Assembly: GCA_035084275.1 (NCBI GenBank) | Contig: CM068768.1 | Location: forward strand, 7,626,001-7,690,000 | Reading direction: 5' to 3' | DNA from: Hydrolagus colliei | Taxonomy: Eukaryota | Length of the DNA stretch: 64,000 bases | Part shown: positions 1 through 13,852 of the stretch, piece by piece | Numbering within the stretch: the stretch's first letter is position 1 | Layout: each line of letters opens with the position of its first letter | Made by a program: the position numbers and the translations under genes | Notes under the pieces: model-generated | Seen by the model: the letters and a program-made list of their open reading frames with translations, nothing else | Told to the model about the DNA's origin: nothing | Database searches by the model: none

Positions 1-3000
1 TCCAATCCATTCTAGTTGTTAAGCCAGGCAGAAAAAAACAGGAGCGAAATGGAGGGAAATAACCGACGAGGAGCAGAAAATAGATTAACAGCCGTTTTAT
101 GTTACGTGAAAGCATGCAGTCTGGGATCTATTTTCACAACGGTACAAGCAGGAGCCACGTTTTCACTGCATGCTTGCATTATTGAGAAGTTGGGAAAGGA
201 AGAGTTCCACAATTATACTCTTAAGTGCATGTACAGAGCGCTGCTTACTGGCCTCCCAATGTCAGTACCAATTTTAAGCATTGAAAACTCCTGACAAAAT
301 CATCTCTTTCCATTATTATTAATGTTGTTATTATTATGAGTCTGAACAGGAACAATGTGTCAGTGTTTTATGGGAGCCGTGGTCCTAATATTTACATAGA
401 AAATATTCTCTCGAAGTATCCATTATTGCAGTTTTTTTATATAGCGCACTACAATAAACAGAAAAGTTAACTATTGTAGACACTCTGCCAATTACTGAGA
501 CAAATAAAATCTTGATGGAGAATACTTTCTTGAATTAAAAGATAATTAAAATGTTCTCTTTAATGAACTATTGGTCTAGTGATCGTCCAATGCAAACTTT
601 GTGATGATTTCAGTGAGCCAACTAAGAAATAGATTGCCAGAATTTGATTTACTTAAGCTCTTAACTACCATTAGATCAGTGAGAGGAGAAATTCATCTCT
701 TTCGCTTGGGTTAAGTCCAAGCTGCATTCTGGGGAGGGAAGTTGGCTATGCAAAGCACCATGAATTGTTCAATGCCTTTCCACTTTAGGTAACTGTTGCT
801 TTACCAAAGTTTATACTGTTTATGCTTCACTTCCATATAGGCTAAGGCATTTTATGTACTTAAAGAGTGTTCTAAGTTTCAATGAGGTTAAAGTTCTGTT
901 GATATTTTGGGACCACTTTCAGAACTTGCTCTGCATGATTGCCTGAGGATCCAGATGGTTCGGAAAAACATCCATCCCGTTTTACACCGTGAGGTGGTTT
1001 CTAAAGCTCCACAGTAGTTTTTCTAAATAAAAAATAGCCTTTTTAAAAGTAGGACTAAATCTTGATAACACAGCTCTCCCCCATGTAAATCTAGTGCACT
1101 GATCTACATGGTCACATTAAGGCTTTAAGAAGGATTTTATCTTAAGTGAATATTTTCAAAGCATCCTGACTTGAGTTAGACACTCCAGAAATACTAACAC
1201 TTTCTCTTGCCGCTTGTAACTTTTGGAGAACTAGCAGTAAGAGAAAACACAGTTTGGACACTTTGGAACAATGTTCTGGTCAAGTAAACCAGAGTATACC
1301 AAAGTATTGGGTTTGGAACAACAGTTTCTGTAATTCTTTTACCAAACCTTACATTGGGTGAAGCCTTTTTCATGATAAGAATACAATCCCGTTTGTTTGC
1401 ATATTTAAAACTCACTCACAATATAGGAAACTGAGAGGATTTGTACATAGGAACATGTTTCATAGACTTTATGTTCTTTTTAGCCTATTAGAATGTTTGC
1501 AGAAATCTTAAGTTACCCAAGCAACCTTTCACACAGAAAAAAATCCTCTGCAGCATATCAGTTTCACAGTAGGCATCCATCTTTAATGCATAAACTTGAA
1601 GTCCTATTGTTCAAAATCTCTTAGTTTATGAACTGTCTTTCCAGCGTTGGCAGGCTGATGAGTACTTGAAGTACTGTAATATCAGCAGTTATATAGTAAC
1701 GCCAGCTCTTTTCTATACATCTCTGGTCCTTCATTGTGTTGTGTTTGTGACGCATATCATCTGGGGTGACTAACCCTTTGGAGCTCTTTCCCTGGCCACC
1801 TGACAAGACAATATACTGTATAACTAAACCTGACTGACTGCACACCAAAAGTAGTATTTATTTTCTTTTGAGAGTTTGATTGATCACAGTGCAAGGATTT
1901 GCATTTGTCATGAGGAAAGTTGACTTGACTTACAAAATATACAGTCAATTCACTTTATATTCTGTGAAGTGCTTTGAGACTTCTCAAAGTGATAAGGCAG
2001 GGATTATCATTATTATTGGATGATGTCTTCTAGGTTAAACTATTTGCTTTGTGTAACTGTGCAAAGCCTTGGAATGAGAAGGAAAGTGCAGTTAGTGGAG
2101 TATATGCAGTACATGAAGCTCCATGCCATTATTTGGATTTTGAAATGCACTTTATATAGTTGGGACCTAAAATCCAGCAAAACAGTTTTATTAGTGAATT
2201 ATGAAATTTTCATCACAAACTGTTAATACAGCAATGTCTGGTTTGCGAATCCTGTATTTTGTAGACTTTAGTGACTACAATTTTTTTTTACTAATCTATC
2301 CATTAGAGGGAGGACTAGGACTTTAAGCCTAGTATTATAGATTTGATGCTGTTTGTCATTGCAGTCTTTGAAAATACATTTTTGATAAGTTGGTGCATGT
2401 TTAGATATGGAACTCTTTAGGGGGTAGACAATTTTAAATAATGCATAATTTATGAAGAACTGTAAATTAAATAAATAAATATAAAAAATGAATTGATGGT
2501 TTTAATTCTGTTTACTGAATTGGGTGTTTCAATATTTCACAACCCAAACAGAACAGCAGTGCTCTTGCTTTCAATCATAGTGTTCATTGTAGGATTTCTG
2601 TGGCCTAGAGGTTCCCGATGCCATCTGAATTTACAGGACATTTAATTTACAGACCTGTTTGTGAGGCCAATACAAATAACTTGATTAATTTTGGAATTTA
2701 ATCTCAGACACAGTGCTGGAATTTTCCTCTCCATTTTACAAAAGTACCAACACATGAATAAGCATACAGAAAAAATAATGCTCACCAATAGTGGTCATTT
2801 GTGGTTATTGACACAATTTTTAAGTACTTGAAAAATGTCCATTAAACCAGCCACGAGATTTTGGACAAAATGTGCATTGCAGGTGTAGGAATCCCAGAGG
2901 CTAAAATTTACTGCAGCTCTTAATGACAGATATCCATGTTATATAAGTCAGTTTGTGATTGATGCATAGAGAATAATCTGCGGAGGGTCCATCAAAAGAT

Positions 3001-3104
3001 GATACCTAGTACAAAGAAGCTGTCAATTTAAAAAGGCAATGATGAACTCTCTCCAGAGGTAATACCCCTTTTTTAAACAAAAAAATCAGGTAACTCAATC
3101 CAAG

Positions 3105-3255
3105 ACGGTGGGATACTGCTGTGTGTAATTGGCTACCATGTTACGGCCACAAACTATACAGTCAATTCACTTTACAGTATATTTTATTAGCCGTTTATAA
3201 GCGGCTTATCGACAACGTGATAAGGCACTATATCAAAACCAAGGATTATTATTAA
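3105..3255 (+). mobile_element. Diverged 3' part of the same SINE; further 3' fragments near 1930-2018, 16030-16130, 18565-18672, 28430-28545, 33075-33180, 47880-48000, 58060-58160 and 60260-60390 (-)
   Basis: Recurring atacagtcaattcactttacagtatatt...aaggattattatt signature. Confidence 0.75.
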
Positions 3256-6127
3256 TCCATAGTTATTTAAAAAAATATTATTCTTAGGTTTTGCTGGATC
3301 ATGCATCACCTACATATGGTTGACCTGGATCCTTGAGTTCCTGTAACTACATGATCATAAATCCAAACTGTAGTCCAAAACCTGTTTTTGTATTGTGGTG
3401 GACCTATTCAAATAATAATAATAATAATGGTCCACTTATTCTTTATTTCTGTCCGTGGGGAGTTTTGTTTGGCATCAAGGACACTGTTAGAACTGTTAAG
3501 GTTTGTTTCCCCAAAGTGATGATCAGCCAGCTTTTGCTCAAGTACAGTACAGTGATTCACAAAATTGCTTGCATCTGCAATCCAAAAGCTTTCCATACGC
3601 ATCTTTGGATTTTCGTATGGATGAGGGAACTGCCCCCTCACTATAAACCAGCTGCCAGTAAAGTGTAGTAAATATTTGACCATGATGACTCACAGTTGCT
3701 ATCTTTCTGATTTCTATAACTATCTCAGCCTGAGATTCGAAACCCAGAACACAGAAGATTGTAGATTGTGCTTCATTTTCTAGATGGGTGGTTATTCTCG
3801 CTCTTCAACTGTGGTCTACTTTGTGGCTGATTATTCAGGGTGTTTTGCAGCTATTTCTGTACTTCCATGACACACTTTTATTAAATGTTATACTTGTGCA
3901 CTGCAATTGCTGCACAACTCTTTGTAGATTCTTGGAGTCTTGTCCCCTCTCGTGACTAAGCTTTAATTTAATTTAATCAATCCCATTTCATTTGGTTAAA
4001 TTGGTCCTGGGGTACTCCACTCAAAGCTGAGGTTTCAAATGTCTGACATTTATTAGCAAAATTTGTGGATTACAGATGATGGAACACCGAAAATAAATTC
4101 TAAACCACTACTTCTGACCTTTCAACTCTTATTGGAAAGGTTAGTTTCAGTGAGATACCCCAGAACAATGAAACCTTTGTTATTCATCTGTGTTTCCTTT
4201 ACGGGTCTCTCAGTTCACAGTTAAAATATTTGTGGTCTCAGTTTTGTGCATAAAACATCCTCATCGGGATGATTCAGTAGTAAGAATATTTGTAAAATTA
4301 AACTTTATTTTAAAGAAAATGTTTTACTTAAAAGAATGGTTTAAATATTATACAAAGGGTAATTCTAATGAGCCAACATAACATGCTCTGCACTTTACAA
4401 TAGTACTTATTTTGTTCGGAAAATGCGTATAAAATACAACTACATTAAGAGATCTAATGCAGATGGGAGGTTCTACCACATATCTGAGTCATTTCATCAA
4501 ATAAATATTTTTATATGATGGCACATGGTAGCATTATGGTTTTATTAACCTAGACTAACTGCTTGCTGTTAATTGCATCTTATGAACCCCTTGAGGTGTT
4601 GTTGCCATTAAATAACAACAAACAACAACAGCTTTGATTTATATAGCGCCCTCCACGCAGATGGTGTCTCAGAGCGCTCCAACGTATACCATGATGACTC
4701 ACAGTTACTATTATCTGATTTCTGTGACGCTATCCCAGCCTGAGATTTGAAACCCAGAACACAGAGGCATATACATGGCATTATGTTAATACAACAATCT
4801 GCCTTTTATTTTCGAGCAACTTTTTTTTCATCAAACATGGTTGTAGAATTGTGCTGATTTGGTTTTGTATTTAAGTGAAACTGCTCATGAAATAGTTCTG
4901 AGAACTATTTGGTTCAAAAGGTAACTAGGTAGAATTGCTAGTTTTATTTGAAATTCTGGCATGACGAGGTAAGACTGATGTAGGTAGGTTTTTATTTTTT
5001 TTAACGAGTTCTATTTAAGTTATTCACCTCTTGCTTGTGGTTAAACTAAGCAGAAAGTACAGCCAAGGTGAATGGATGGTTTGTATTGTAGTTGAGCTCC
5101 TTCAGTACTGTTCATTGATTCTTATAGAGTACATCGAAGGCCAAAATGTCATGTACATCACCCACTCCTCCCAGAATCTGCTGTATTCAGCCAATCTTCA
5201 GTGAAAATGCTAATAATTTCTCACTTAATCTTTCTCTGTTAAATCCTGGATTTTTCAGGATAGATTGACACAAGATTTTTTTTTGTCAATAAAGCCTTAA
5301 CACCAGTAGATAAAGTGAATGGAGCGGAGCCTATGTAGGGATAGGCTTTGAGTGTTTTATGCAAGAAACTGGCTTGTTTTGATTGAATTATAAAATAAGG
5401 TTTTCTTGTTGTGTACAGTAACAACAAGTTTACCTTAACCATAAAACTTTTCAAGTCTGGAGGATCAACTCTGCGCTTGTCCTCTGCTTTAGAGTTCTAT
5501 ATAAAATAGCTTTGTCACATCCGTGGCTGAAAGCTGGGTTTTATTAGAGTAAATCACCACCTTATTGAATGAGCATATGTGTTAAATAGTGCATAATAAT
5601 TTTTCCCCTCTCGTACTCGTACTAGAGTCCATACTTGTGGAATCGTCCATTCTTTCTCATCACTCGATTTTCTTCCAACATCAGTCAGCACTTTCGTTTG
5701 GGTAATTTAAAAAAAAATATGGGAGAAATCAATCCTTCTAGTAAGTGAGGCAAAACAGCCTTCAGTTCCCACAGGTATCAGTAAATTTAGTGAGATTATA
5801 TATATGAATAATGTCAAGCACTCTTGGACGACGCTGCCCTACGTGATGGGTGCTATGAAAATGTAAGTTGTTGTTATCATGGGGGCAATTGTTGTGCAAT
5901 GTATTGTTCACTACAGGTGCACTGTATCGAGGTGACGATCCTAAATTCAATTGATTTGAATTTTCACTTGAGGCCATGGTGTTTTGCAAAAGAATAAATG
6001 TTGCAACTTTTATTTCTGCTGTAAATACAGTATATTGATCTATTTGAGAGATCCACCACATGTATGCTGCCATATGTGTTGTCTGAATAGGAATGTTTGG
6101 TATTCTTGGGTTACACGTGTATACTTT

Positions 6128-6409
6128 GCTCAGTGGTTAGAGCCTACAAGCGAGAGACCTGTGTTCAATTCTAGGCAAGGCGAAATCCTGGGCAAGTTTC
6201 GTTTCTCCACACGCCTGATAATAACCCCTCAAACAAAATAATAAATTGGTCATTTGAATCCACGATTGTTTATGGGACACTGCTGTGTGCATTTGGCTGC
6301 TGTGTTTCGCCTACAATATACAGTCAATTAATTTTACAGTATATTCTATGAAGCGCTTTGAGACATCTAGAAGACGTGAAAAGCAAGAATAAACTGCAAG
6401 AATTATTAT
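6128..6409 (+). mobile_element. tRNA-derived SINE (Deu-type body, ATT-repeat tail), near full length
   Basis: A box gctcagtgg, B box gttcaattc, body gggacactgctgtgtgcatttggctgc, tail gcgctttgagacatctagaagacgtgaaaagc...attatt; same family as 36321, 49083 and 50288. Confidence 0.85.
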
Positions 6410-9400
6410 ACAGTATATGAATGAATAATGTAGATGTGGAATATTATGTCCTTTTGCACTGTTATTTTTTAAAGTTATTTTGATTATAATGGCCCCTTTT
6501 AATATATTTTTGTCTTGTCAGATTTCTCCAGACTATTTCAGACTAATTATCCCAAAAAGCAACTGTTAAATCACCTAGTAATGCAATGCATTGCAAGCTA
6601 TTAGTGTGGATGAATATGGAAAACTGTTCTCTAACTTGCTAAAAGATAGTTTTAAATTTGGCTGTATTCTTACAAGTTATAGGCAAACTTGATGAAATAA
6701 GACATGTAGTGAATAATCCACTAGTATTTCATTTTTGCTTGTATTGAAGTAACATTACTTCATGCTTGCTTGTCAGGCGTTGTTGTTGTTGTTGTTGTTG
6801 TATTAGCCAGTTCCTTGCCATTGTTATTAGTCATGTGCAGAAATGCTATTTGATGTCATTGATTTACAGTGGAGACCTGGCACAGTGTTTTGCTCATAAA
6901 GGATGTGCTACTTGTGGAGTCGAGTTCTGGAATGAGTGCTGTGCAGCATGCTTTGACCTTGGAGGCACAAGACAGGCTTTTTTTTAATGCATTATGTAAG
7001 CATTATGAGTACCTTTGAGTGTAGCAGTTGGGAATTTCAAGGGACCTTGCAGCATACAATACAGTGGATCAAAGCACAATGGCAAATGTAAATTTGATCT
7101 TGAGCGAATATGCATATGATGTTATGTACATAAAAAGAAAAGGGTTACCTTCCTACCACCTTGAGATGGAAATGCTAATTGACTGTTGAGCATTGCCAGC
7201 TATCTGCCTGACTGCAGAATTTAGTCTACCATAGCGTGCATTACTCTTAGACTGTTTGTACCATTTTTTTAAGCCGGAGACTACATCTTTTGTAGTTTAA
7301 AGGTTCTAATGCCTCCGACAAGTAACAGTGTGCTCAGAATATTGATGTCTTGTTTTGGAAATTCTGACTTACACAATGCTGGCACCCTTTGAGAACCAAA
7401 GTAAAGGCTTTATTCTATAGTGCAGATCAAAGCTATCCAGCAACAAAAGTGTGGTACCATTCTTGTTGTGTGAAATAAGTCTTGGGACTGCTTGTTTAAA
7501 TTTGTTTTTGAGTGTGAGCAGTGTGAGTAAGTTAATAATAATAGTGAGACCTCTGTTGTGAAGAAACAGAACACAATGTTAATTTTCATGTCGGTATCAG
7601 CATTAAGCACTCACAGGTCAGATGTAGCATAGATTAGATGCACAGTAAGCCTCTGCCTACAGTGTACTGTGCCTTAATATAAATGTCAGCAGTCTACTAC
7701 TGCACTGGTTACATTTGCATTTTCATAATGACCTCTGAGTGAGACTGTCAATTCTGTGCTGAAGTACTCAATTGTGGCCTGTTTTTATACCATGAGTTCA
7801 TGGCCACAAGCAAATGAGTGTGCCTGCCCTAGTTCCTCACTTGAGGATTCTGGCAGCTCCCAGACGACTCTAGCATCTCTTTACGGAAAAGGGAATTTCA
7901 TCTGATCGGATCCAAACCCAGATTCCCCAAGTTGAAAGGTACGAATGGACTTTGCTTCCCAGGTCTACTATTTTAAATAGTTTTTTAAATCTGATACGAA
8001 GAACAGCCGTTAACATTGTTTTTCCTCCCCTTTTAAGTCAGCTGAACTCGGGGGACTGATTTGGATAAACTACTGAGTCTGATTAGAAGCTGTATTAGCA
8101 TCAGTGAGATACGGTTATTAAACTGGGTACTTAAACTTCTTTAGCTCAGTATGTTGATTCCTTTCTCTTTTATTTTTTGGCACTCAAACCAGCTCTCTAG
8201 TTTTTCATGATCTTTACTCTTTATCTTTATTTTACAATTTAAACCCAAAAAATTGAGGCTGGAAAGCAAAAAAAGTGAAAGAACCTTAATTTAAGCATTT
8301 TTGTGTAATTTTTTTAGAACCACAGTGGGATATTTAAGTGGAAGTATTATATGAGTATTTAAATACTCATTAATCAGAATTAAACATCTAATGTAGACAT
8401 ATTGTACAGTCAAATAATGTTGTAGTTTTGTACTGAATTTGCCTTTAGATTGTAATTTGTTTAGGGAAAAGATTTATCCATTTTGCCCAAGTGGAACAAA
8501 GTTTCTTTTCCAAAAAAAAACATTTTTCTGTGATGACTCACACACTGCAGCACATGAACACTGTAACCAGTGTATCGAACCATCTTTGTTTTCATTTTCT
8601 AGTAACTGTCTGACAGATTTGAGCAATGTAATGACGTTGTCGAAAGACAACTCTCTGGAGCATCTATTGCCCTCGGCAATCTATTCCCACGCTTTTCAAA
8701 AGTATTTTTAATTTGGAGACCTTCGGGGTTAGTGCAAGCTTTTTAAATTGCTTTCTCTTGGAAAGCAGCAATCTGCTTACTATTCCTTTTATAAACGTGT
8801 ACAATCTGCAGCAGAAGAGCCCATTTTTGTTGCAGACTTAAAAGTATACAGTAAAGAATAGCAGCTGGACCGAGAATGCATCTCACTGCACTATATTTAT
8901 CGAAAAGCCATCAAATACGATTAAATATTATCATTCAGACTCTATCGTTGAGTGTACTTGTAGTTTATGAAACAAAGCGGTGATCTTTTGAAAATCAAGT
9001 TGAATGGATGAGCTAGCATCATCTCAGACTGATTGAGCTGAATGGGCTTCTCTGGCATTGTGATTTCTATGAATGGAATACTATTTTCTAATCTTGGATG
9101 TTTTCAGATTATCTGAGACACCAGTTTGTTGGGGTCTAATCTGTGGGCTGTGCTAAACAGGTGTGAATATTTCTGTACGGAGTAGATTACAAATTCTATT
9201 AATCATGTAAGCAATGAAACAATGACATAAAAGCCTGCATCCTTTTGTATTTACATAATGGGGCACCTGTAATTTCCTCTATACAAGTTTACGTGTAGTT
9301 AACCCGACTTTAGCGTATGTGGCTTGCTGTAAATCATAAAATAACCCAAACTGCAGTGTACACTATTTGTATAACCAAGCTGAACCCAAAACAGATGTAA

Positions 9401-9534
9401 TAAAAAGAATGAAGACTGACAAGAAGCCAATTAGAACTAACTGCCCATAAGTCACTAGAGTTGACAAAATTCACAACAGTTTGATTGCTCTTATGAATGA
9501 TCAGTGTTCATAAAATACTCCAATATTCTGACAC

Positions 9535-9730
9535 TAATAAATAATAATAATCCTTGAACTTTATATAGTGCTTTTCACAGCTTCAGGATGTGGTAATACG
9601 TTTCACAGAATATACTATAAAGTGAATTGACTGCATATTTTCTGGGCGAAACACAACAGTCAGTTGAGCACAGCAGTGTCTCCGCAAATATTGGATTGAA
9701 ATGACCAAATTATTATTTGTTTTGGAGGGT
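9535..9730 (-). mobile_element. 5'-truncated copy of the same SINE
   Basis: (AAT)n tail, actataaagtgaattgactg, gcacagcagtgtc, gaaatgaccaa. Confidence 0.8.
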
Positions 9731-9939
9731 TTTTTTGTACCTCAGGCTAACAAAAAGTATGTAGACATAGATCAAGTAAATTAACACACTGGCCAGTGGG
9801 CAAGATAACTGCAGGATTGTGTCTTTGTTTTCTATTGTTCAGTATAAGCAGAAACCCACTACCATATTAAAGAGTATCCAACCAGACTGAGAGTTCGACA
9901 TTTGCATGGAAATTTCCAATTTTTCTGGAATGGAATACA

Positions 9940-9955
9940 CACCCCAGGGGGCGCG
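9940..9955 (+). promoter_or_regulatory. CTCF-like motif
   Basis: caccccagggggcgcg is close to the CTCF core CCACCAGGGGGCGC; motif match only. Confidence 0.4.
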
Positions 9956-12946
9956 CGCCTGACTTAATTCTGGAAACTATTAGACGGAGGTTGGCAGCCG
10001 AAGCTCGGGAGCCCAGAGTATGAATTGGGGGTGCCGGCTGGAGTAACAGCTAAAACAGGAATATTTATCTGTGTTCCACACAATTAGAACAGCATTTCCC
10101 AGTTTTTTGTTAAATATTGTGCTTTTTTTCCCCCACTCTGTCCTTTTTAATCGGATAATTGCATCTAATTTGTATGATCACAGTTTGAAAGGATCTCCAG
10201 GGTCTCAATAGATGACGTGAGCTACAATCTATGGAAATGTCACTCACCATCTTGGAAATACAGTGGTGAAACTTGACCCCAAACTATAAATTTTTAACAA
10301 TATTTAATGTGGCCACTGTTTTCTGATGTAATGCAGTGCAATTAAAAATAACTACTTATTGAAGTGGGAATGCAGATCCTAATTCTCATCTCTTTACATT
10401 GCATTTCAAACTTGAGATGTGAAACTAAATTGTTATTCTGTCTGCGTGGCTCCGTGCTGCAGGATGTTCTGGTTTGAGCTGACATGGAGTTAGAACATTT
10501 AAATTCTTCATTTTTATTAAAGGAATGTGCAGGATGGCAGCCAAAGCACTGCTTGGAGTTTGGGAGACTGATGTCAAAGTAATACGAAACATGATGTATA
10601 TATTTTTTTGAAACCACCATATGTTGGATAGCAAAAAGAACCATTATCGCACTGGCTTTTTGAGCTGTGTGCAGACAAAAGTGATACAAACCACCTAGTG
10701 AATTGTATACAGATGCAGACATTGACATTACAGAGATCAGTTGATGAAGAGCAGTCTTACAAAAAGTCTTAAAAACAACTAACCATCCAAAGTTTAAAGT
10801 GATAAAGTGGCAGTTATTATATTACAGGGTGCTGTTAAATCCAAAGTGATTACTATAAATGTTTCCAGATCAGGAAATGAGTGTTGTATGTGAAATGATC
10901 TTTCTAAATTCGTATGCTCTAATTTGATTGATCTGTATTATGCTCATCACATTTGGCCACCATCAAAGACCAAAGAACCATCAAAATGTTCTAACTTATT
11001 GCTTAAATGCAGTGGCTCTCTATCTTTTGACCAAGGCCTGATTGTGCATGGGAGAGAATTTGCCACTGTCAGCGCTTAGCATTGAAACATCTGCCTTAGG
11101 CCCTGTCAATATTCCATATGTTTAGTGACTTCCCGTAGGTGGCTAATTGCTAATCTGTATTTGCCTACAAATAGCCACTACCCTTTTCAGGAAACTCTGT
11201 GAAGCACTTTGAGAAATTTGGAGATGATAAAAGGAAATTAAATATAAGGAGTATGATTATTTTGCAAGTTCTGAGTTCTAAATGGCCCTGTAAAATTTAT
11301 TTGCCAGTGAATGTTGGCAGTTTATATTTTAGGGCTTGAAATTCCACCTTTAAATTTTCAGATTTAATGAACTGATTTTGAGACGTAATTGAAGGCAATA
11401 CTGGGTGAAGGAGGAATATTGGGCAAGACGAACTTCCCACTCTTAGAATGCAACAACAACAGAATCACACTTGTAGAGTGCCTTTCACGCTAGGAGGACA
11501 TCCCTGAGAATAGCGCCATGGTGGGGGCATTAAACGCCCACTTAATCCAACTCACTCGGTTTAAAGTCTTATCCAAAGGATGACATCGTGAAGCACACCG
11601 CAGTACTTCAGTGCTTTTTTAATCTAGATTAGGAACTCAAATGCTGCTGTGGGAATTGAACCCATAACCTTCTGATTCAGAGAAGAGTGCTACAAATTGA
11701 AGAAATCTGCCTTCAGATTTATTAATGGTTTCTTTCCTCTTGAATACAATTGGGCATTTCTGTTTACATTTAAGGGGATTCGGAACTCATACAGATCCCT
11801 TGGATAGATCAAGCCTGAGTCTGACATAGTTTGTGTGTTATTCTGCCAGTTTTTGCCTGCCGGACATGATTAACTCTTGCTACGTATTCTGTATAAGCAC
11901 AAAGAATAAATATCCCATCTCTTCTCATTTGCGTCTGTTTTACAAGTTCAGAATGCGGAAGACTGCGGTTCAGCTAGCCTGCAGTGTTTACGTAACTGAA
12001 CTCTAACATTGGATTCTTTGAGCTTTTTCATTGTTGAAATTCTGTGCACGCTGTACAGTAATTAGTGTCTTTGTTTGAGACGTGTAGCTAAAATTGTATG
12101 CAGGTTTGAAACCTATTGTGGGTGGATAAGATGTCATTCTGAACAAAGCAACATAGCTGAAATCTTGGAAGTATGCCTTGGGATTTCCCTTAAACCCAGC
12201 CTTGCAATTATATATCAGAGAAGCATACTGATTCTTGCATCCACCTCTTGTATTAATACTTGTAGGTGGAATATGAGATTATCTGCACGTACTATAACTT
12301 TGCCAGAGACCAATTTTGTAATTTTAATACAGAACTTGTTCATTTGCCCAAACAAGAAAGCCTTGTTTTGATGGCTCAATGTAGTATTGGAATTTTTAGT
12401 GGTACCCACCTTATTTCACAATGTGACTCACCTTTGGTAATTGTGTAATATTAAAGCAATTTGTATCCCTTGTATCTAAAAATGATGCCACTTTTCTACT
12501 GAATGGGCAACGATTTGTTTGAATTTCCTTTGTTTTGTGACCTCTTTATTCTCATCAAATACGGGAACATTCTTTAATGCTTTGTTTCGTTTATTCTATT
12601 TGCATTGCTATTGCCACCAAGTGTAGTAAAAGTCACGTAACGTGGGAATGGCAGACGTCTATCTCTCAGCATCAACTGACACATGTTCAACTGCTGTGAT
12701 GGGCAATTTAGCGCGTGTCACCATTGTTAAGTTGAGGGAAATAGTCAAGACCTTTCCTTCCAGGTTAAAGTTAATGCTGGTTCTTCACTTACAAACTTCT
12801 AATGGTAAAATACCTATTGGAGCATTTTAATATCTCCATGATTGGGGGTTGGAAAATTCCCCCAGGATTGCCTTTCTGGATTGTTGTCCTGGTGGAACAA
12901 GTGCCCGTGCCGATGTTAAATGAGGACGGGGACAAGTTCAGCCGGG

Positions 12947-13022
12947 ATGCTACCCATTGTTGTTGAAAAGCTTGCTGACAGCTCGTATCTCGGGTCACGT
13001 GAACAATGGCCTCTTAGACAAG
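12947..13022 (+). CDS. Candidate alternative first coding exon (MLPIVVEKLADSSYLGSREQWPLRQ) of the HDAC5 locus
   Basis: gccgggATG start, 25 open codons plus 1 nt, donor AAG|gtattg in phase 1 matching the acceptor at 20978; no transcript evidence. Confidence 0.35.
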
Positions 13023-13785
13023 GTATTGGAAGGATGCCGGCATCTGTGGAGTGGAACCATATTACAGCATAAATAACTGGTTGGGGAAAGTGGCACTGTT
13101 ACTACGTACCCACTTCATTTTTATTATTACTACTACTATTAACCTTCTGTTTGGCTAAAACTATTTGGTTAAGTAACATAAAAATGGCACAGCTCAAATA
13201 GTTTTCCATACTACCTTTTTAGGAACATTGGTCAGTTTTGAATCTGAGGTATAAATGTAATAGAAACCAGAGAAGCTTGTGAGATGAAGGTATTTGGGGA
13301 AAGCATTGTGTGGAGTATGGACAAAGTGACTGAAAGCTCTCCCAAGGATGGTGCAGTAGAAGGAGCAGGGCATGCATAGCAGAAGTACATCAAAGCTAAA
13401 TGATTCCAGTTGCATTCTCTCTCCTAGGTGTTGACAGGTGCATAGTTAAATCTTTTGTTTGGATACAGAGTATAAATGCTGACAACCTATGAAATTTACT
13501 GGACTCAAACACAAGCATATTTTAGTGGTAATCCAGGAGACTTGACTTTCATTCAATTGCAAAAATGCAGAATATTATGGTATCCTTGCTTTGCAGTAAT
13601 AAATTGATAATTAAGCTTTAATTAGCCTAATTTGCTAAAAGCAGATAGTTCATTTACCAATGTTGGAGGCAATGTGTAGCAGTCTTCCACACCAAGGCTT
13701 TAACAGCAGCTGCAGTGGATAAATATACTTTATTTAGTGATAAATTATTGAACTGAAAGGGTCGCCTGTCTCATTGTGAGCTGTT

Positions 13786-13852
13786 TGACGTCAGAACTCC
13801 AACATAGTTGCCATGGGAGAGACGGTTCACAAACTTAAGCAAAGCTACCAAT
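13786..13852 (+). promoter_or_regulatory. CRE, RFX X-box-like and CCAAT motif cluster
   Basis: TGACGTCA 13786-13793, GTTGCCATGGGAGA 13807-13820, CCAAT 13848-13852. Confidence 0.35.

Noticed and set aside
3039-3064. ATGATGAACTCTCTCCAGAG|gtaata as the HDAC5 start exon (MNS...)
   Set aside because: The donor would be phase 2, incompatible with the phase 1 acceptor at 20978. Similarity is only three residues and no bridging exon was found.
8600-8711. SKDNSLEHLLPS as the missing DGMSGREPSLEILP-like exon
   Set aside because: Similarity is weak and there is no convincing phase-compatible acceptor and donor pair.
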